A DNA stretch of 64,000 nucleotides, taken from contig CAVYBU010000003.1 of the NCBI GenBank assembly GCA_963766735.1, positions 256,001-320,000 on the forward strand, given 5' to 3'. The position numbers and the translations under genes are program-made. Origin of the DNA: an uncultured Chloroflexia bacterium (lineage in GTDB: Bacteria; Chloroflexota; Limnocylindria; Limnocylindrales; CSP1-4). The first letter of the stretch is position 1, and each line of letters opens with the position of its first letter. Of this stretch, positions 1-10,851 are shown piece by piece. The notes below the pieces were generated by a model. It made no database searches. It saw only the letters and a list, made by a program, of their open reading frames with translations, and was not told the DNA's origin.

Positions 1-100
1 CCCCCTCGTACACCTTTGCCGAGAGCTTTGGCCGCCCGGCATCGCCACGCTCGGCTGCCGCCTCTCCGGCTCGCTCCCCCTTCGCCCCGTCCCTGGCCAT
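1..100 (-). CDS. 5' part of a gene running off the window edge, possibly polyphosphate kinase 2
   Basis: ATG at 100 with GAGGT upstream; reads MARDGAKGERAGEAAAERGDAGRPKLSAKVYEG, like the PPK2 N-terminal KLxxKxYExEL; only 33 codons visible. Confidence 0.35.
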   Translation of the reverse strand, partial: MARDGAKGERAGEAAAERGDAGRPKLSAKVYEG

Positions 101-227
101 CACGTCGTACCTCACCGCTGGTTTCGGGCCCACGTCACAGGATGCCCACCAGTATGGCGCGTGCCGCGCGCCGGGTAGACTGTGCCGACCCGCCGGAGGG
201 CCCGCTGATGCGTGAGAGGAAGTGGCG

Positions 228-1394
228 ATGACCGAGACGCTGGCGAACCGCCGGATCTTCCGCTCCAAGGTGGATTCGATCCGCCCGACGTACGGGTTCG
301 AGGATGTTTCGCTGGCCCCGGGCACCGATACGGTGGATCCCGCGGACGTCGTTCTCGCGCAGGACTTCTGCGGCATCCGCCTCGAGATCCCGGTCCTCGC
401 GGCTGCCATGGACGCCGTCGCCGACGTGCGGTTCTCGGCCGAGCTGGCGAGGCTCGGCGGCCTCTCGGTCATCAACCTCGAGGGCGTGCAGGCCCGCTAC
501 GAGGACCCGGCTGAGGTCCTGGACCGGATCATCGCCGCGCCGGACGACCGAGTGCAGGACGTCCTGGCGGAGGTGTACGCGACCCCGATCCGTGAGGACC
601 TGATCGCCCGCCGCATCGGGGAGCTCCACGCTGCGGGCTCAAAGGCGGCGGTCTCGGCCACGCCCGGCGTCGCCCGCAGGTACGGGCCGCTGTGCGCGGA
701 GCAGGGCGCAGACCTGTTCCTCCTCCAGTCGCAGGTCTCCTCCGCCCGGCACCTGGCCACGGGCTACGAGCCGCTCGCCCTCGCGGATTTCACGCGGTCC
801 ATGCCCATCCCCGTCGCGGTCGGCAACACCACCAACGCGGAGGCGGCGTTCATGCTCATGGAGCAGGGAGCGGCGGCGATCTTCGTGGGCGTCGGCCCGG
901 GTGCCGCGTGCACGACGCGCGAGGTCCTTGGGATCGGCATCCCGCAGGTCACGGCCATCGCGGACGTCGCCGCGGCCCGCGACGTATACCTCGCGGAGAC
1001 TGGGCGGTACGTGCCCGTCGTCGCGGACGGCGGCATGAAGAAGGGCGGGGACCTCGCCAAGGCGCTCGCGTCGGGCGCGGACGTCGTGATGCTGGGCTCT
1101 CCCCTGGCGCGTGCGTCCGAGGCGCCGGGTCGCGGCACGAACTGGGGCATGGCGGCGCCGTCGCCGGTCCTCCCGCGCGGCACGCGGATCCGGGTGGGCA
1201 CCTCCGGGCCGCTGGACCAGATCCTCAACGGCCCCTCCCACGTCACCGACGGGACCCAGAACCTGGTCGGCGCGGTGCGCCAGTCGATGGCGGCCCTGGG
1301 TGCGCGGACGATCGCGGACATGCATGGGGTTGAGATCGTCTATGCGCCCTCCGTGGTGACCGAGGGCAAGTCCTGGCAGCTGCGCGGCAGGTAG
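228..1394 (+). CDS. guaB3: GuaB3-family IMP dehydrogenase-related protein
   Basis: YGFEDVSLAP, AAAMDAV, VGVGPGAACTTR catalytic loop, ADGG, WGMA; directly upstream of guaA. Confidence 0.92.
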   Translation: MTETLANRRIFRSKVDSIRPTYGFEDVSLAPGTDTVDPADVVLAQDFCGIRLEIPVLAAAMDAVADVRFSAELARLGGLSVINLEGVQARYEDPAEVLDRIIAAPDDRVQDVLAEVYATPIREDLIARRIGELHAAGSKAAVSATPGVARRYGPLCAEQGADLFLLQSQVSSARHLATGYEPLALADFTRSMPIPVAVGNTTNAEAAFMLMEQGAAAIFVGVGPGAACTTREVLGIGIPQVTAIADVAAARDVYLAETGRYVPVVADGGMKKGGDLAKALASGADVVMLGSPLARASEAPGRGTNWGMAAPSPVLPRGTRIRVGTSGPLDQILNGPSHVTDGTQNLVGAVRQSMAALGARTIADMHGVEIVYAPSVVTEGKSWQLRGR

Positions 1395-1469
1395 CGCCGA
1401 AGGGCCTGCGGGCGCATGCCGCGCCAGTAGACTCCGGGTACACGTTCGCACCACCCGCGGGAGGGGTCA

Positions 1470-3239
1470 TTGGCCGAACCGGACGAGGATCAGGAGCCCG
1501 CGCACGAGCCCGTGCGCGACCGCGGCAAGACCGTCCACGGGAATGCAGCCAACGCGGGCCACCGCGTGCTCGCGCCGGACGACGCCGAGGTCGAGGCCTA
1601 TCTCGAGGTGGCGCTCGACGCGCCCGCACCGGAGCGAACCCCGCAGGACCGCCCGCCGGCCGCGGCGACCACGCCGGAGCCCGGCGTCGTCGCCGTCCTC
1701 GACTTCGGCAGCCAGTTCGCCCAGCTGATCGCCCGCCGCGTGCGAGAGCTGCACGTCTACTCGGAGCTGCTGCCCCACGACACGCCGCTTGCGGAGCTCG
1801 AGGCTCGCGGGGTGCGCGCGATCATCCTGTCCGGCGGCCCCAACTCCGTCTACGACGAAGCCGCCCCCAGGGCGGACGCCTCGATCTGGAGTGGCCGGCT
1901 CCCGGTCCTCGGCATCTGCTATGGCGCCCAGCTGATGGCGCTGGAGCTGGGCGGGGACGTGATGCCGGCCGCCAGGCGGGAGTACGGGCCGGCCACCGTC
2001 CAGGTCACGAACGACGACGGCCTGTTTGCCGGCATCGATCGCGAGCAACCGGTCTGGATGAGCCACGGCGACTCGATCACGCGCCTCCCCGAGGGCTTCC
2101 ACGCCACGGCCCAGACCGATTCCACGCCCTACGCGGGTCTGGCTGCCCCGGAGCGCAACCTGTTCGGCATCCAGTTCCATCCGGAGGTCGTCCACACGCC
2201 GCGCGGCAAGGACGTGCTGCGCAACTTCGTGACGGAGATCGCGGGGATCGCGCCAGCCTGGACGCCGTCGAATTTCATCGAGACGACGGTCAACGAGATC
2301 CGTGACCGAGTGGACCGCCACGCCGCCAGGACCGGATCGGCCGGACAGGTCATCTGCGCCCTCTCGGGCGGGGTGGACTCCGCGGTGGCGGCGGCCCTCG
2401 TCCATCGCGCCGTCGGCGACCGCCTCACCTGCATCTACGTGGACCACGGGCTGATGCGCAAGAAGGAGTCGGAGCTCCTGCGCGTGACGTTCGAGGCCAA
2501 CCTGGGCATGCGGCTGATCATGGTTGACGCGCGTGAGCGCTTCCTCGCCCGCCTGGCCGGCGTCACGGACCCGGAGCAGAAGCGCCGGATCATCGGCGAT
2601 GAGTTCATCCGCGTGTTTGAGGAGGAGGCGGCGAGGATCGGCCAGATCGACTTCCTCACGCAGGGAACCCTGTATCCGGATGTCATCGAGAGCACGGCTC
2701 CCGAGACCAAGACCGCCCAGAAGATCAAGACGCATCACAACGTGGGCGGGCTGCCGGCGGACCTGCGGTTCCAGCTGATCGAGCCCCTGCGCTACCTGTT
2801 CAAGGATGAGGTACGGGTGGTGGGCGCGGAGATGGGCCTGCCGGATGCGATGGTCCAGCGCCAGCCCTTCCCCGGCCCGGGCCTGGCGATCCGCATCATC
2901 GGAGAGGTCACCGCGGAGCGGCTCGACACGCTGCGCGACGCGGACTGGATCGTCATCGACGAGATCAAGGCTGCGGGCCTGTATCGCAGCGTGTGGCAGT
3001 CGTTCGCCATCCTGACGCCGGTCCGCTCGGTGGGCGTCATGGGCGACAACAGGACCTACGCCAATGTCGTGGCCATTCGCGCCGTGACCTCGGAGGACGG
3101 TATGACCGCCGATTGGGCCAAGCTGCCCTACGACGTCCTGGGCAAGATCAGCAGCAGGATCGTGAACGAGGTCCCTGGTGTGAACCGGGTCGTCTACGAC
3201 ATCAGCAGCAAGCCGCCCGCGACGATCGAATGGGAGTAG
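1470..3239 (+). CDS. guaA: GMP synthase (glutamine-hydrolysing)
   Basis: [49 protein letters not shown]; start uncertain (low-complexity N-terminal extension). Confidence 0.97.
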   Translation: MAEPDEDQEPAHEPVRDRGKTVHGNAANAGHRVLAPDDAEVEAYLEVALDAPAPERTPQDRPPAAATTPEPGVVAVLDFGSQFAQLIARRVRELHVYSELLPHDTPLAELEARGVRAIILSGGPNSVYDEAAPRADASIWSGRLPVLGICYGAQLMALELGGDVMPAARREYGPATVQVTNDDGLFAGIDREQPVWMSHGDSITRLPEGFHATAQTDSTPYAGLAAPERNLFGIQFHPEVVHTPRGKDVLRNFVTEIAGIAPAWTPSNFIETTVNEIRDRVDRHAARTGSAGQVICALSGGVDSAVAAALVHRAVGDRLTCIYVDHGLMRKKESELLRVTFEANLGMRLIMVDARERFLARLAGVTDPEQKRRIIGDEFIRVFEEEAARIGQIDFLTQGTLYPDVIESTAPETKTAQKIKTHHNVGGLPADLRFQLIEPLRYLFKDEVRVVGAEMGLPDAMVQRQPFPGPGLAIRIIGEVTAERLDTLRDADWIVIDEIKAAGLYRSVWQSFAILTPVRSVGVMGDNRTYANVVAIRAVTSEDGMTADWAKLPYDVLGKISSRIVNEVPGVNRVVYDISSKPPATIEWE

Positions 3240-3293
3240 CGCGTAGGTGTATCGGGGGATAGCAATGGGAGACCCGAGGCCGACAATGCGCAC

Positions 3294-3842
3294 ATGGCTG
3301 ATCCGATGACCGGCCCGATCACCAGCTGCCCGTGGTGCTCGGCCGAGCTGTCCATTCCGGGCGTGGAGCTCTGCCCCGCCTGCGGGGCGGCATTGATCAG
3401 CAAGTCGGGCGTGGCCGACCCCGAGATCAAGGGGGTGACCACCCTGGACACGGAGGCCATCCTTCGAGCCCGGGCCGAGGTCGCCCGACCGAGGAGCCGG
3501 TTCCTGTCATTCATCACGGGTGAGGCGCCTGCCGAGACGGCCGCTCCGGCCAGCTCGGAGTCACTGGCCCGTCCTTCGGCAGATGTGCGCCGCGAGATGC
3601 TGCGGCTGGAGCTGGAGGCGCGGCAGACCGAGCTCGACGCGGAGACGATCGCTCTCAAGTCGGACGTCCTCGCCCGCGAGGGGATCAACGTGTCGGAGTT
3701 GGGCGGCGTGCCCGAGGAAGCGCCCGCGACCGAGGCCCCGCAGGCGAGTGAGGCTGCGGCGGCCACCGAACTGGCGCCCGCCACCGAGAGTGCGCCGGCG
3801 CCGGAGGACGCACCCAAGGCCGAGGTCCCGCCCGAGACCTGA
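3294..3842 (+). CDS. hypothetical protein with N-terminal zinc ribbon
   Basis: CPWC...CPAC, coiled-coil middle, Ala/Pro/Glu-rich tail. Confidence 0.75.
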   Translation: MADPMTGPITSCPWCSAELSIPGVELCPACGAALISKSGVADPEIKGVTTLDTEAILRARAEVARPRSRFLSFITGEAPAETAAPASSESLARPSADVRREMLRLELEARQTELDAETIALKSDVLAREGINVSELGGVPEEAPATEAPQASEAAAATELAPATESAPAPEDAPKAEVPPET

Positions 3843-3871
3843 TCAGGTCGCGCCCCGGTATCCTCCCCTGC

Positions 3872-4330
3872 GTGCCCGAACGCCTGCCGCATCCCGGTCC
3901 CTCGTTCCTGCGTGAGCAGGAGGTTCGCGTCGGTGACCGCCGTCTTGCGGCGGGCATGGCCAAGCCCGCGGATGGCCCCGACGACTGGTGGCTCGCCGTG
4001 CTCTGGGTGGCCGACGCCGAGGGCATCGTCAGCTTCCGCGAAGTCGCGCCGCTCTCCGGACCGCCGCCCGAGCCACCCCTTCAGCGACTGGGTCCGGTGC
4101 TTGCAGGCTCCCTCTCGGGGCTCATCCGCGAGGAGGATGGGCGCCTGGCGATCCGCCTGACCCCGCTCGTCCCGCCCGAGGACGACACCCGTCCGTGGCG
4201 ATGCCCGCTCGCGATCCGCACCGCATTCCGCTGGGAGCCGGCCCTCGCGACCACGATGCGCCCGAACCAGATCGCGGACCAGGTGCTGACCGGGTTCCGG
4301 CGCGCGGTGGAGTCGCTCCACCGACCCTGA
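3872..4330 (+). CDS. hypothetical protein
   Basis: 152-aa ORF with high-GC codon pattern; TATCCT 7 nt before the GTG. Confidence 0.7.
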   Translation: MPERLPHPGPSFLREQEVRVGDRRLAAGMAKPADGPDDWWLAVLWVADAEGIVSFREVAPLSGPPPEPPLQRLGPVLAGSLSGLIREEDGRLAIRLTPLVPPEDDTRPWRCPLAIRTAFRWEPALATTMRPNQIADQVLTGFRRAVESLHRP

Positions 4331-4480
4331 GCGTGCGGTTCAGGAGGCCAGTGGACAGGCCCGGTGGGCCGAATTCAGCCACAGTCGACGAAGGACGACC
4401 GGGCCCCACGACGGGTTCGCGGGGGTCTGCCCGCCGCACCCGGCTGGCCCATGACGCCCAAAGCGCCTAGACTCGACATG

Positions 4481-7400
4481 ATGAGCAACATGTTCGATGA
4501 CTTCCTTCGGGAGCTGGAGCGCCGCCGGTCCGAGGCCGAGGGCCGCACCCCAGGCCAAACCCACGACGATGACGAGGCCGGCGCCGAGAGTGACGGCGAG
4601 GCCGAGATCCTGGACGACGCGGCCGACGGCGAAGTCGCCGACGATGCCGACGCACGTGCCGGGGACGACGCCGGTGATGACGAGCCCGTCCCCCTGCGGC
4701 CGCGTGGCCAGGGAGCCGGTGGCCCGCCTCGTGGCTCCGGGCCGGGTCGCCCGGTCGGAGGTCCCGACGACGGTGCCGGCTCCCTCACTTTCGGTGGGAT
4801 CATGCGCCGGATGGGCGTGGCCGCATTCATCGTCGTGGCTGCGGTGGTCGTCCTTCTCGTGGGGTTCGGCGTCGATCTCTGGACGGACGCCATCTGGTAC
4901 AAGAGCGTCGGCTTTGACGGCGTGTTCTGGACGCGTATTGGCGCCCAGGCGCTGCTGTTCGTCGGGGGCCTGCTCTTCGCGCTGGTGTTCCTGCTGGCAA
5001 ACCTGTGGCTCGCCGGGCGACTGATCCCGCCCGTGGACCCGGAGCGGCCCGGCCGTCTCCGCGAGATGGCCGACCGGCTCACGGAGGCCCAGCGCCAGTC
5101 CGAACGCGGCGCCCGCATGGGTGGTGGCCAGGGCGGGCTCGGCGGCCCGTTCGGCTCAGGTCTCCGCACCGGACGCAGCGAGGGGGGCACCTTCAGCTTC
5201 GAGGTCGACGACATCCCGGACCTCACGCCGCTTGCGGCGTGGGCCATCGGCGGCTTCGCTCTCCTCCTCGCACTCGGCATCGGTGGTGCGATCTCGGGCG
5301 CCTGGGACACTCTCCTGCTGTGGGTGAACCGGGTCCCGTTCTCCGCGACGGAGGTCGTGACGGACCCGGTGTTCGGCAGGGACATCGGCTTCTTCCTGTT
5401 CGAGCTGCCCTTCTTCCGCCTGGTCCAGGCGTTGCTCAACGGGCTCCTGCTCGCCGCGCTGGCCGTGGCCGGGGCGCGCTACATCATTGCCGCCACCCGC
5501 GGCGGCGAGGTGTTCGTCACCCGCGTCCGCGTCCACCTGGCAGTGATCGCGGGGCTGTACCTGCTCTCCGTCGCGTTCGGCTACCAGCTGGACAAGTACG
5601 AGCTCGTCTACAGCCAGGCTGGCGTCGCGACCGGCGTCTCCTACACGGATGCGAACGCCCGCTTCATGGCCTATGACGTCCTGACGTTCCTGTCCGGGAT
5701 CGCGGGCGCGCTGCTGATCGGTGCCGCGTTCACGCGCTGGGTCTGGCCCCTCGGCCTCGTGGCGGGCGTGTGGTTCGCGGCGTCACTGGTGCTCGGCACC
5801 CTGTACCCGGAGTTTGTCCAGCGGTTCTCGGTTGATCCCAACACGTACGCGCAGGAAGAGCGCTACATCGGGAACAACATCGCGATGACCCGTCTCGCCT
5901 ACGGCCTGAACGCATGGGAGGCACGGGACTACTCCGGCAACCAGCCGTTGACCGAGGCCGCGATCCGGGCGGAGTCGGACACGTTCACCAACGCCCGGCT
6001 GTGGGACTACCGCCCCCTCGAGAGCACGCTGGACCAGCTCCAGGTCGTGCGCCAGTACTACGACTTCGTGGACGTGGACACGGATCGGTACATGGTGGAT
6101 GACACGCTGCGGCAGGTGATGCTGTCGGGCCGCGAGCTGGCCATCGAGAAGAACACCGAAGCCTCGAGCTGGGTCAACGCGCGGATCATCTACACGCACG
6201 GAATCGGCCTCGCCATGGTCCCGGTGAACGAGGTGACACGGGAGGGCCAGCCGAAGCTCTGGGTCCGGGACCTGCCCCCCATCTCGTCCGACGGCGCTCC
6301 CGAGATCTCCCAGCCGCGCATCTACTTCGGCGAATTGGACGACCACTACGTCGTGGTCCGCGCCCGCCAGTCCGAGTTCGACTACCCGCGCGGATCCGGC
6401 GAGGGCAGCATCGACGAGACCACCAGCTGGACCGGGACGACCGGCGTGCCGATGGACTCCACCCTCAACCGGCTGCTGTTCGCCCTGCGGTTCAAGGACC
6501 TGGACCTCCTCATCTCGGACCAGCTCCTGGCCGAGAGCCAGCTGCTGTTCCACCGCACGCTGTCGGCGCGGTTGAGTCGCATCGCACCCTTCCTGCTCTA
6601 CGACAAGGACCCGTACCTCGTCATCGACGACGCCGGGAACCTCGTCTATGTCCAGGACGCCTACACCTTCAGCAACCAGTTCCCGAATGCGTCCGGGTTC
6701 AGCACCGGCGACCTTGGGTCGGGATCCGGCCTCGCCGGCGTCAACCTCAACTACATCCGGAACAGCGTGAAGATCACCATGAACGCGTACGACGGCTCGC
6801 TCACGTTCTACGTCGCCGATCCGTCCGACCCGATGGTGCGCGCCTGGCAGGGCATCTTCCCGACGCTGTTCCGGCCGATGGCGGACGTACCGGCCGAGAT
6901 CATCGGTCACGTCCGCGTCCCCGAGGAGATGTTCAACGTCCAGACGCGGATGTATGGCCAGTACCACGTGACCCAGCCGCTGACGTTCTTCAACAACACG
7001 GACCGCTGGACCGTCCCGGAAACCCAGACCAACGAGCAGAGCCTTCCGTCGGAGGCCTACTACGTGGTCATGCGCATGCCGGGCGAGCCAACAGCGGAAT
7101 TCCTCCTCCTCCAGCCGATGATCGCCAGGAGCCGGCCGAACATGATCGCCTGGGTGGCCGCCCGCAACGACGCGCCCAACTACGGCACGGTCCGCGCCTA
7201 CCAGTTCCCGTCCGACACCACGATCTTCGGACCCGCCCAGATCGAGGCGCGGATCGACCAGGACCCCATCATCAGCGCCCAGGTCACGCTCTGGAACACG
7301 AGCGGCAGCCGGGTCATCAGGGGCAACCTGATCGTTGTCCCCGTGGGCGACGCGCTGCTGTACCTGCAGCCGGTCTACCTCCAGTCCACGTCCTCGGCCT

Positions 7401-7756
7401 TCCCCGAGTTCCAGAAGATCGTCGTGGCCAGCCCCACGACCGTGGTCTGGGGCGACTCCCTGGGTGAGGCGCTGACCGCTCTCCTCGTCGCCCAGGGCGC
7501 TATGGAGCCAGGCACGACGCCGGGTCCGGGCCCGACCGCCACCCCGGCCCCGAACGCCACCCCTGGTCCCACGCTGGCGCCCGACGGCGATCTGCCGACG
7601 GACGTCGAAGGACTGATCGCCTACGCGAGCACGCACTACGAGCTGGCCCAGGCGGCACTCACGAGGGGCGACCTCGCGGCCTACGAGGTCGAGATGGACA
7701 AGGTCGGCGTTGCCCTCCAGCGACTGCGGGAGATCACTGCGCCAGGAGCCGGCTAG
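4481..7756 (+). CDS. UPF0182 family membrane protein
   Basis: DPVFGRDIGFFLFELPF, NARLWDYRP, YYDFVDVDTDRY, YTHG, NYIRNSVK, GNLIVVP; acidic disordered N-terminus. Confidence 0.93.
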   Translation: MSNMFDDFLRELERRRSEAEGRTPGQTHDDDEAGAESDGEAEILDDAADGEVADDADARAGDDAGDDEPVPLRPRGQGAGGPPRGSGPGRPVGGPDDGAGSLTFGGIMRRMGVAAFIVVAAVVVLLVGFGVDLWTDAIWYKSVGFDGVFWTRIGAQALLFVGGLLFALVFLLANLWLAGRLIPPVDPERPGRLREMADRLTEAQRQSERGARMGGGQGGLGGPFGSGLRTGRSEGGTFSFEVDDIPDLTPLAAWAIGGFALLLALGIGGAISGAWDTLLLWVNRVPFSATEVVTDPVFGRDIGFFLFELPFFRLVQALLNGLLLAALAVAGARYIIAATRGGEVFVTRVRVHLAVIAGLYLLSVAFGYQLDKYELVYSQAGVATGVSYTDANARFMAYDVLTFLSGIAGALLIGAAFTRWVWPLGLVAGVWFAASLVLGTLYPEFVQRFSVDPNTYAQEERYIGNNIAMTRLAYGLNAWEARDYSGNQPLTEAAIRAESDTFTNARLWDYRPLESTLDQLQVVRQYYDFVDVDTDRYMVDDTLRQVMLSGRELAIEKNTEASSWVNARIIYTHGIGLAMVPVNEVTREGQPKLWVRDLPPISSDGAPEISQPRIYFGELDDHYVVVRARQSEFDYPRGSGEGSIDETTSWTGTTGVPMDSTLNRLLFALRFKDLDLLISDQLLAESQLLFHRTLSARLSRIAPFLLYDKDPYLVIDDAGNLVYVQDAYTFSNQFPNASGFSTGDLGSGSGLAGVNLNYIRNSVKITMNAYDGSLTFYVADPSDPMVRAWQGIFPTLFRPMADVPAEIIGHVRVPEEMFNVQTRMYGQYHVTQPLTFFNNTDRWTVPETQTNEQSLPSEAYYVVMRMPGEPTAEFLLLQPMIARSRPNMIAWVAARNDAPNYGTVRAYQFPSDTTIFGPAQIEARIDQDPIISAQVTLWNTSGSRVIRGNLIVVPVGDALLYLQPVYLQSTSSAFPEFQKIVVASPTTVVWGDSLGEALTALLVAQGAMEPGTTPGPGPTATPAPNATPGPTLAPDGDLPTDVEGLIAYASTHYELAQAALTRGDLAAYEVEMDKVGVALQRLREITAPGAG

Positions 7757-7761
7757 CAGCC

Positions 7762-8733
7762 GTGACGGCGGCCACGGCCGTGGAGCCGGACCCCGCAGGT
7801 CACGCCCGGACCCATCTGCCGTGGCGATCGGCCATGGCCGCAGCGTTCGTCGTCACGCTCGTGCGACCGGCTTCCTGGGCGCTCGGCTTGGCCGGGTTCC
7901 TGGCCGGGGGCGGGATCATCGTGTTCGCGTGGTCGATCGTGGTGTTGCCCACGCCCACCGGACTGCAGAACGCGCTCGGCACGCCAATGAGCAAGCTGGT
8001 GCTTGGAACCCCCTCGCCGGAGCTGATGGTGCTGATCGGTCTCGTGGTGGCGGGGGTCGTGGTGCTTGTTGCCTGCGGGCTCGTGGTGGGTGCGTGGGCA
8101 GAGCGCCAGGGAATCGAGGTGGCGCTGGAGTCGGCCGAGGACGAGGGCCTGGTCGCCTGGCGTCCGGACCTGCGGGGAGCGCCGGGCACCGTCCGGGTGG
8201 CGCTCGTCCGCCTCGCCTCTCTGGCGCCGGTCGCGATTGCCGCCGCCCTGGCCTGGCAGCCGTTGTACGACGTCACCTACCGGGAGCTGATTCTGCCGAC
8301 GGAGCTGGTGACACCCCTGCCGATCCGGGTGATCCGCGCGGTGCCCTGGCCGCTTGCTGGGGTCCTCGTCACCTGGTTCCTCAGCGACGCCGCGGCGGCT
8401 GCGGGCGTGCGCCGGCTCGTCATGGAGCGGAGGTCCACGGTGGTGGCCTGGGCCCTGGGCTGGGGAGACCTCGTGAGGCGCCCGTTCCGGGTCCTCGGCA
8501 CCGCTCTGGTGGGCATCGGCCTGCTGGTGCTCATGGTGGGGCCGTCCCTGCTGGCAGTGGTCGTTGGCTGGGCGCGTGTTCGGGACCTCGTGGTGACCGG
8601 GAGGGAGCCGGTCCTGGTGCTGGCAGCGGTCCTGGTCTGGGTGTCCATCTGGCTGGGCGGGCTGGTGCTGGCTGCCGTCGCCGCCGCGTTCCGAACCGCC
8701 GCCCCGACCCTTGAGGCGGCTCGTCGGTCCTGA
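7762..8733 (+). CDS. multi-pass membrane hypothetical protein
   Basis: several hydrophobic helices; starts 5 nt after the UPF0182 stop. Confidence 0.75.
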   Translation: MTAATAVEPDPAGHARTHLPWRSAMAAAFVVTLVRPASWALGLAGFLAGGGIIVFAWSIVVLPTPTGLQNALGTPMSKLVLGTPSPELMVLIGLVVAGVVVLVACGLVVGAWAERQGIEVALESAEDEGLVAWRPDLRGAPGTVRVALVRLASLAPVAIAAALAWQPLYDVTYRELILPTELVTPLPIRVIRAVPWPLAGVLVTWFLSDAAAAAGVRRLVMERRSTVVAWALGWGDLVRRPFRVLGTALVGIGLLVLMVGPSLLAVVVGWARVRDLVVTGREPVLVLAAVLVWVSIWLGGLVLAAVAAAFRTAAPTLEAARRS

Positions 8734-8894
8734 TCGTCGACAATTGAGGCTGGCCGTCGGGCGGCTGCGTCACCTCCCGGCGAGCCGGCGCGTCCCCATC
8801 CCTGGCCCGGTCCTGCCGGGGTCCCCTGTTACACTGCCGCTCGCCGCGTGCCCGCGGGCCCGCTCAGCCCCGATGGGAGGCCTCACGCCACCAC

Positions 8895-9548
8895 ATGGAA
8901 GACATCTTCAAGACGATCACGGACGCGATCGGTGGCTTCTTCGAGAACCCCATCGTGCAGCTGTCGATCCAGATGGTTGCCGTGTACTTCGTCATCCTCT
9001 GGCTCGCCTCGGCCTACTGGGCGTTCCGCGACATGCAGCAGCGGAGCGAGAACCCGGTCCTGCCGTACGTCGCGTCGGCCCTGATCGTGCTGTTCACGCC
9101 GGTGTTCTTCGTGTTCGGGGTCATCGTCTACCGGATCGTGCGGCCGCACGAGAAGATCGGCGAGGTCTACGAGCGAAACCTGGCCGAGGAGGCGCTCCTG
9201 GCCGAGGTTGAGGCGATCCATACCTGCCCTGCCTGCCACCGGCTGATCAACGATGAGTGGATCATCTGTCCCGGCTGTCGGACCCGCCTCAGCCGCGTCT
9301 GCGCCAACTGTGGGCGCCTGGTCGGTCTCGACTGGTCGCTCTGCGCGTGGTGCGGCAAGGACTTCGAAAGGACGGACCTGGCCGCCTACGAGCCGATCTC
9401 GGGCGGGCTGGCGGACGTCGATCGGCTGGAGGCACCCACCAGGGCCGCGTCAACGACCCGCCCGTCGGCTCGTTCGGGATCTCCGCGGCGGGCACCGCGG
9501 TCGACGTCCCGGCAGCAGGGCGCCTCGGGCCAGACCTCGGAGCCTTGA
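8895..9548 (+). CDS. membrane protein with double zinc ribbon
   Basis: two TM helices then CPAC, CPGC, CANC, CAWC. Confidence 0.85.
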   Translation: MEDIFKTITDAIGGFFENPIVQLSIQMVAVYFVILWLASAYWAFRDMQQRSENPVLPYVASALIVLFTPVFFVFGVIVYRIVRPHEKIGEVYERNLAEEALLAEVEAIHTCPACHRLINDEWIICPGCRTRLSRVCANCGRLVGLDWSLCAWCGKDFERTDLAAYEPISGGLADVDRLEAPTRAASTTRPSARSGSPRRAPRSTSRQQGASGQTSEP

Positions 9549-10630
9549 CGGATCCGTCCGACGCCGTCGCCCCCGGCGCCGGCGGCCGTGATGAAGCAGG
9601 CGACACCACACCCGAGCAAGGGGACACCGTCACACCTGCGCCGGGCGCCGCGCCGACAAGCGTCGCTCCGGACGGACCCGCGCCTGTCCGGCCGTCCACG
9701 TTCAGCCTCGAGGGACGCGCCGTCCCCGGCCTGTACCTCGTCGGCTGGGTCGCCTCGGTCATGGGCCTGGCCATCCTGCTCGCCTCGGTTCTTGGCTCCG
9801 GCTCGTCCGCGGCGCCGTGGGTGTTCCTCGCTGGCCTGCTCCTGCTCACGCTGGGCGTGTTCGCCGCGACGGGGGCGCAGGCCGTGGAGCGCGGCCGGCG
9901 CACGGACCTCGCCTACCGCGGTCCGTCGCCCGTGCTCGCGTTCATCCTGGTCATCCTGCTCACGCTCATCGGGATCCTCGTCGTCCTGGCGCCGTTGTCG
10001 GCGATTGGCCTCGATGCCCGTTCGCCGCTCGCCACCACCCTCTCGCTCGTCCTGACCACGCTCGTGTACGTGGGTGTCGTCCGGCTGCTCGTGGTTGGCC
10101 CGGGGGCTCTCGCCTGGCACGACATGGGGCTCGGGCGGCGCGCCCGGGACGCTGCGCGGGACCTCCTGGTGGGCGCGGCGTTCGCGCTCCCGATCCTGGT
10201 GATCACGCTCGTCCTGGGAGCGGTGCTGAGCCGATTCATCGAGCCGTCCCCGAGCCCGCTCCCGGAGGCCGGCAGCGTGCCGGGACTCATCCTCAACCTG
10301 CTCTCGGCCGCCGTGCTCGCGCCGATCGGCGAGGAGCTGTTCTTCCGCGGCTTCGTCACGACCGCCTGGGCGAAGGCGTACGGCGCCCGGTCGGCCATCA
10401 TCCGCGGCGCGATCTTCTTCGCGATCGCCCATGTCGTCACGCTGCTCGACTCATCGTTCGCGGAGGGTGCCCAGCGTGCGCTGTTCTCGTTCGTGGCGTT
10501 GCTGCCGGTGAGCATCGCGCTGGGATGGCTGTTCCTGCGCCGCGGCTCGCTGTACGCGGCAATCGGGCTGCACGGGACGTTCAACGGGATCCAGGCGGTG
10601 CTGCTGTTCCTTGCCGTCTCGGCGTCCTGA
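9545..10630 (+). CDS. CPBP (CAAX/Abi) family intramembrane metalloprotease
   Basis: APIGEELFFRG, FAIAH, HGTFN motifs; TTG start overlaps upstream TGA. Confidence 0.9.
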   Translation: MTDPSDAVAPGAGGRDEAGDTTPEQGDTVTPAPGAAPTSVAPDGPAPVRPSTFSLEGRAVPGLYLVGWVASVMGLAILLASVLGSGSSAAPWVFLAGLLLLTLGVFAATGAQAVERGRRTDLAYRGPSPVLAFILVILLTLIGILVVLAPLSAIGLDARSPLATTLSLVLTTLVYVGVVRLLVVGPGALAWHDMGLGRRARDAARDLLVGAAFALPILVITLVLGAVLSRFIEPSPSPLPEAGSVPGLILNLLSAAVLAPIGEELFFRGFVTTAWAKAYGARSAIIRGAIFFAIAHVVTLLDSSFAEGAQRALFSFVALLPVSIALGWLFLRRGSLYAAIGLHGTFNGIQAVLLFLAVSAS

Positions 10631-10690
10631 CGGCGCCCGCGCCGCCGCTGGCGCGCCCATTCCCGGGCAGCAAGTCCGGGGGAAGCCACA

Positions 10691-10818
10691 GGTGAGCCCT
10701 CGATAAGGGCGGCTGCGTAGTCTTCGTCGCGTTCCCGGGTCCGGACGGCGGGGGAAATCGGCGGGCTTCCGTCGTCCGGGCCCCGGGGACGCCACGCACA
10801 TGGCCCGCCCGCTCCACC
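10691..10818 (+). ncRNA. candidate rod-shaped structured RNA upstream of radC
   Basis: 10729-10751 pairs with 10769-10792 (with G-U pairs); outer pairings 10714-18/10794-98, 10707-13/10803-10, 10691-97/10811-18. Confidence 0.35.
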
Positions 10819-10851
10819 GGTCACGCGTCCGCCGCCAGCAGCAGGTGGGAC

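Noticed and set aside
1467-7636. Long antisense ORFs (1467-3293, 5783-7636; likewise 21219-23666, 51067-52767, 53931-56021)
   Set aside because: Shadow ORFs opposite well-identified genes, expected from high-GC codon bias; no recognisable motifs
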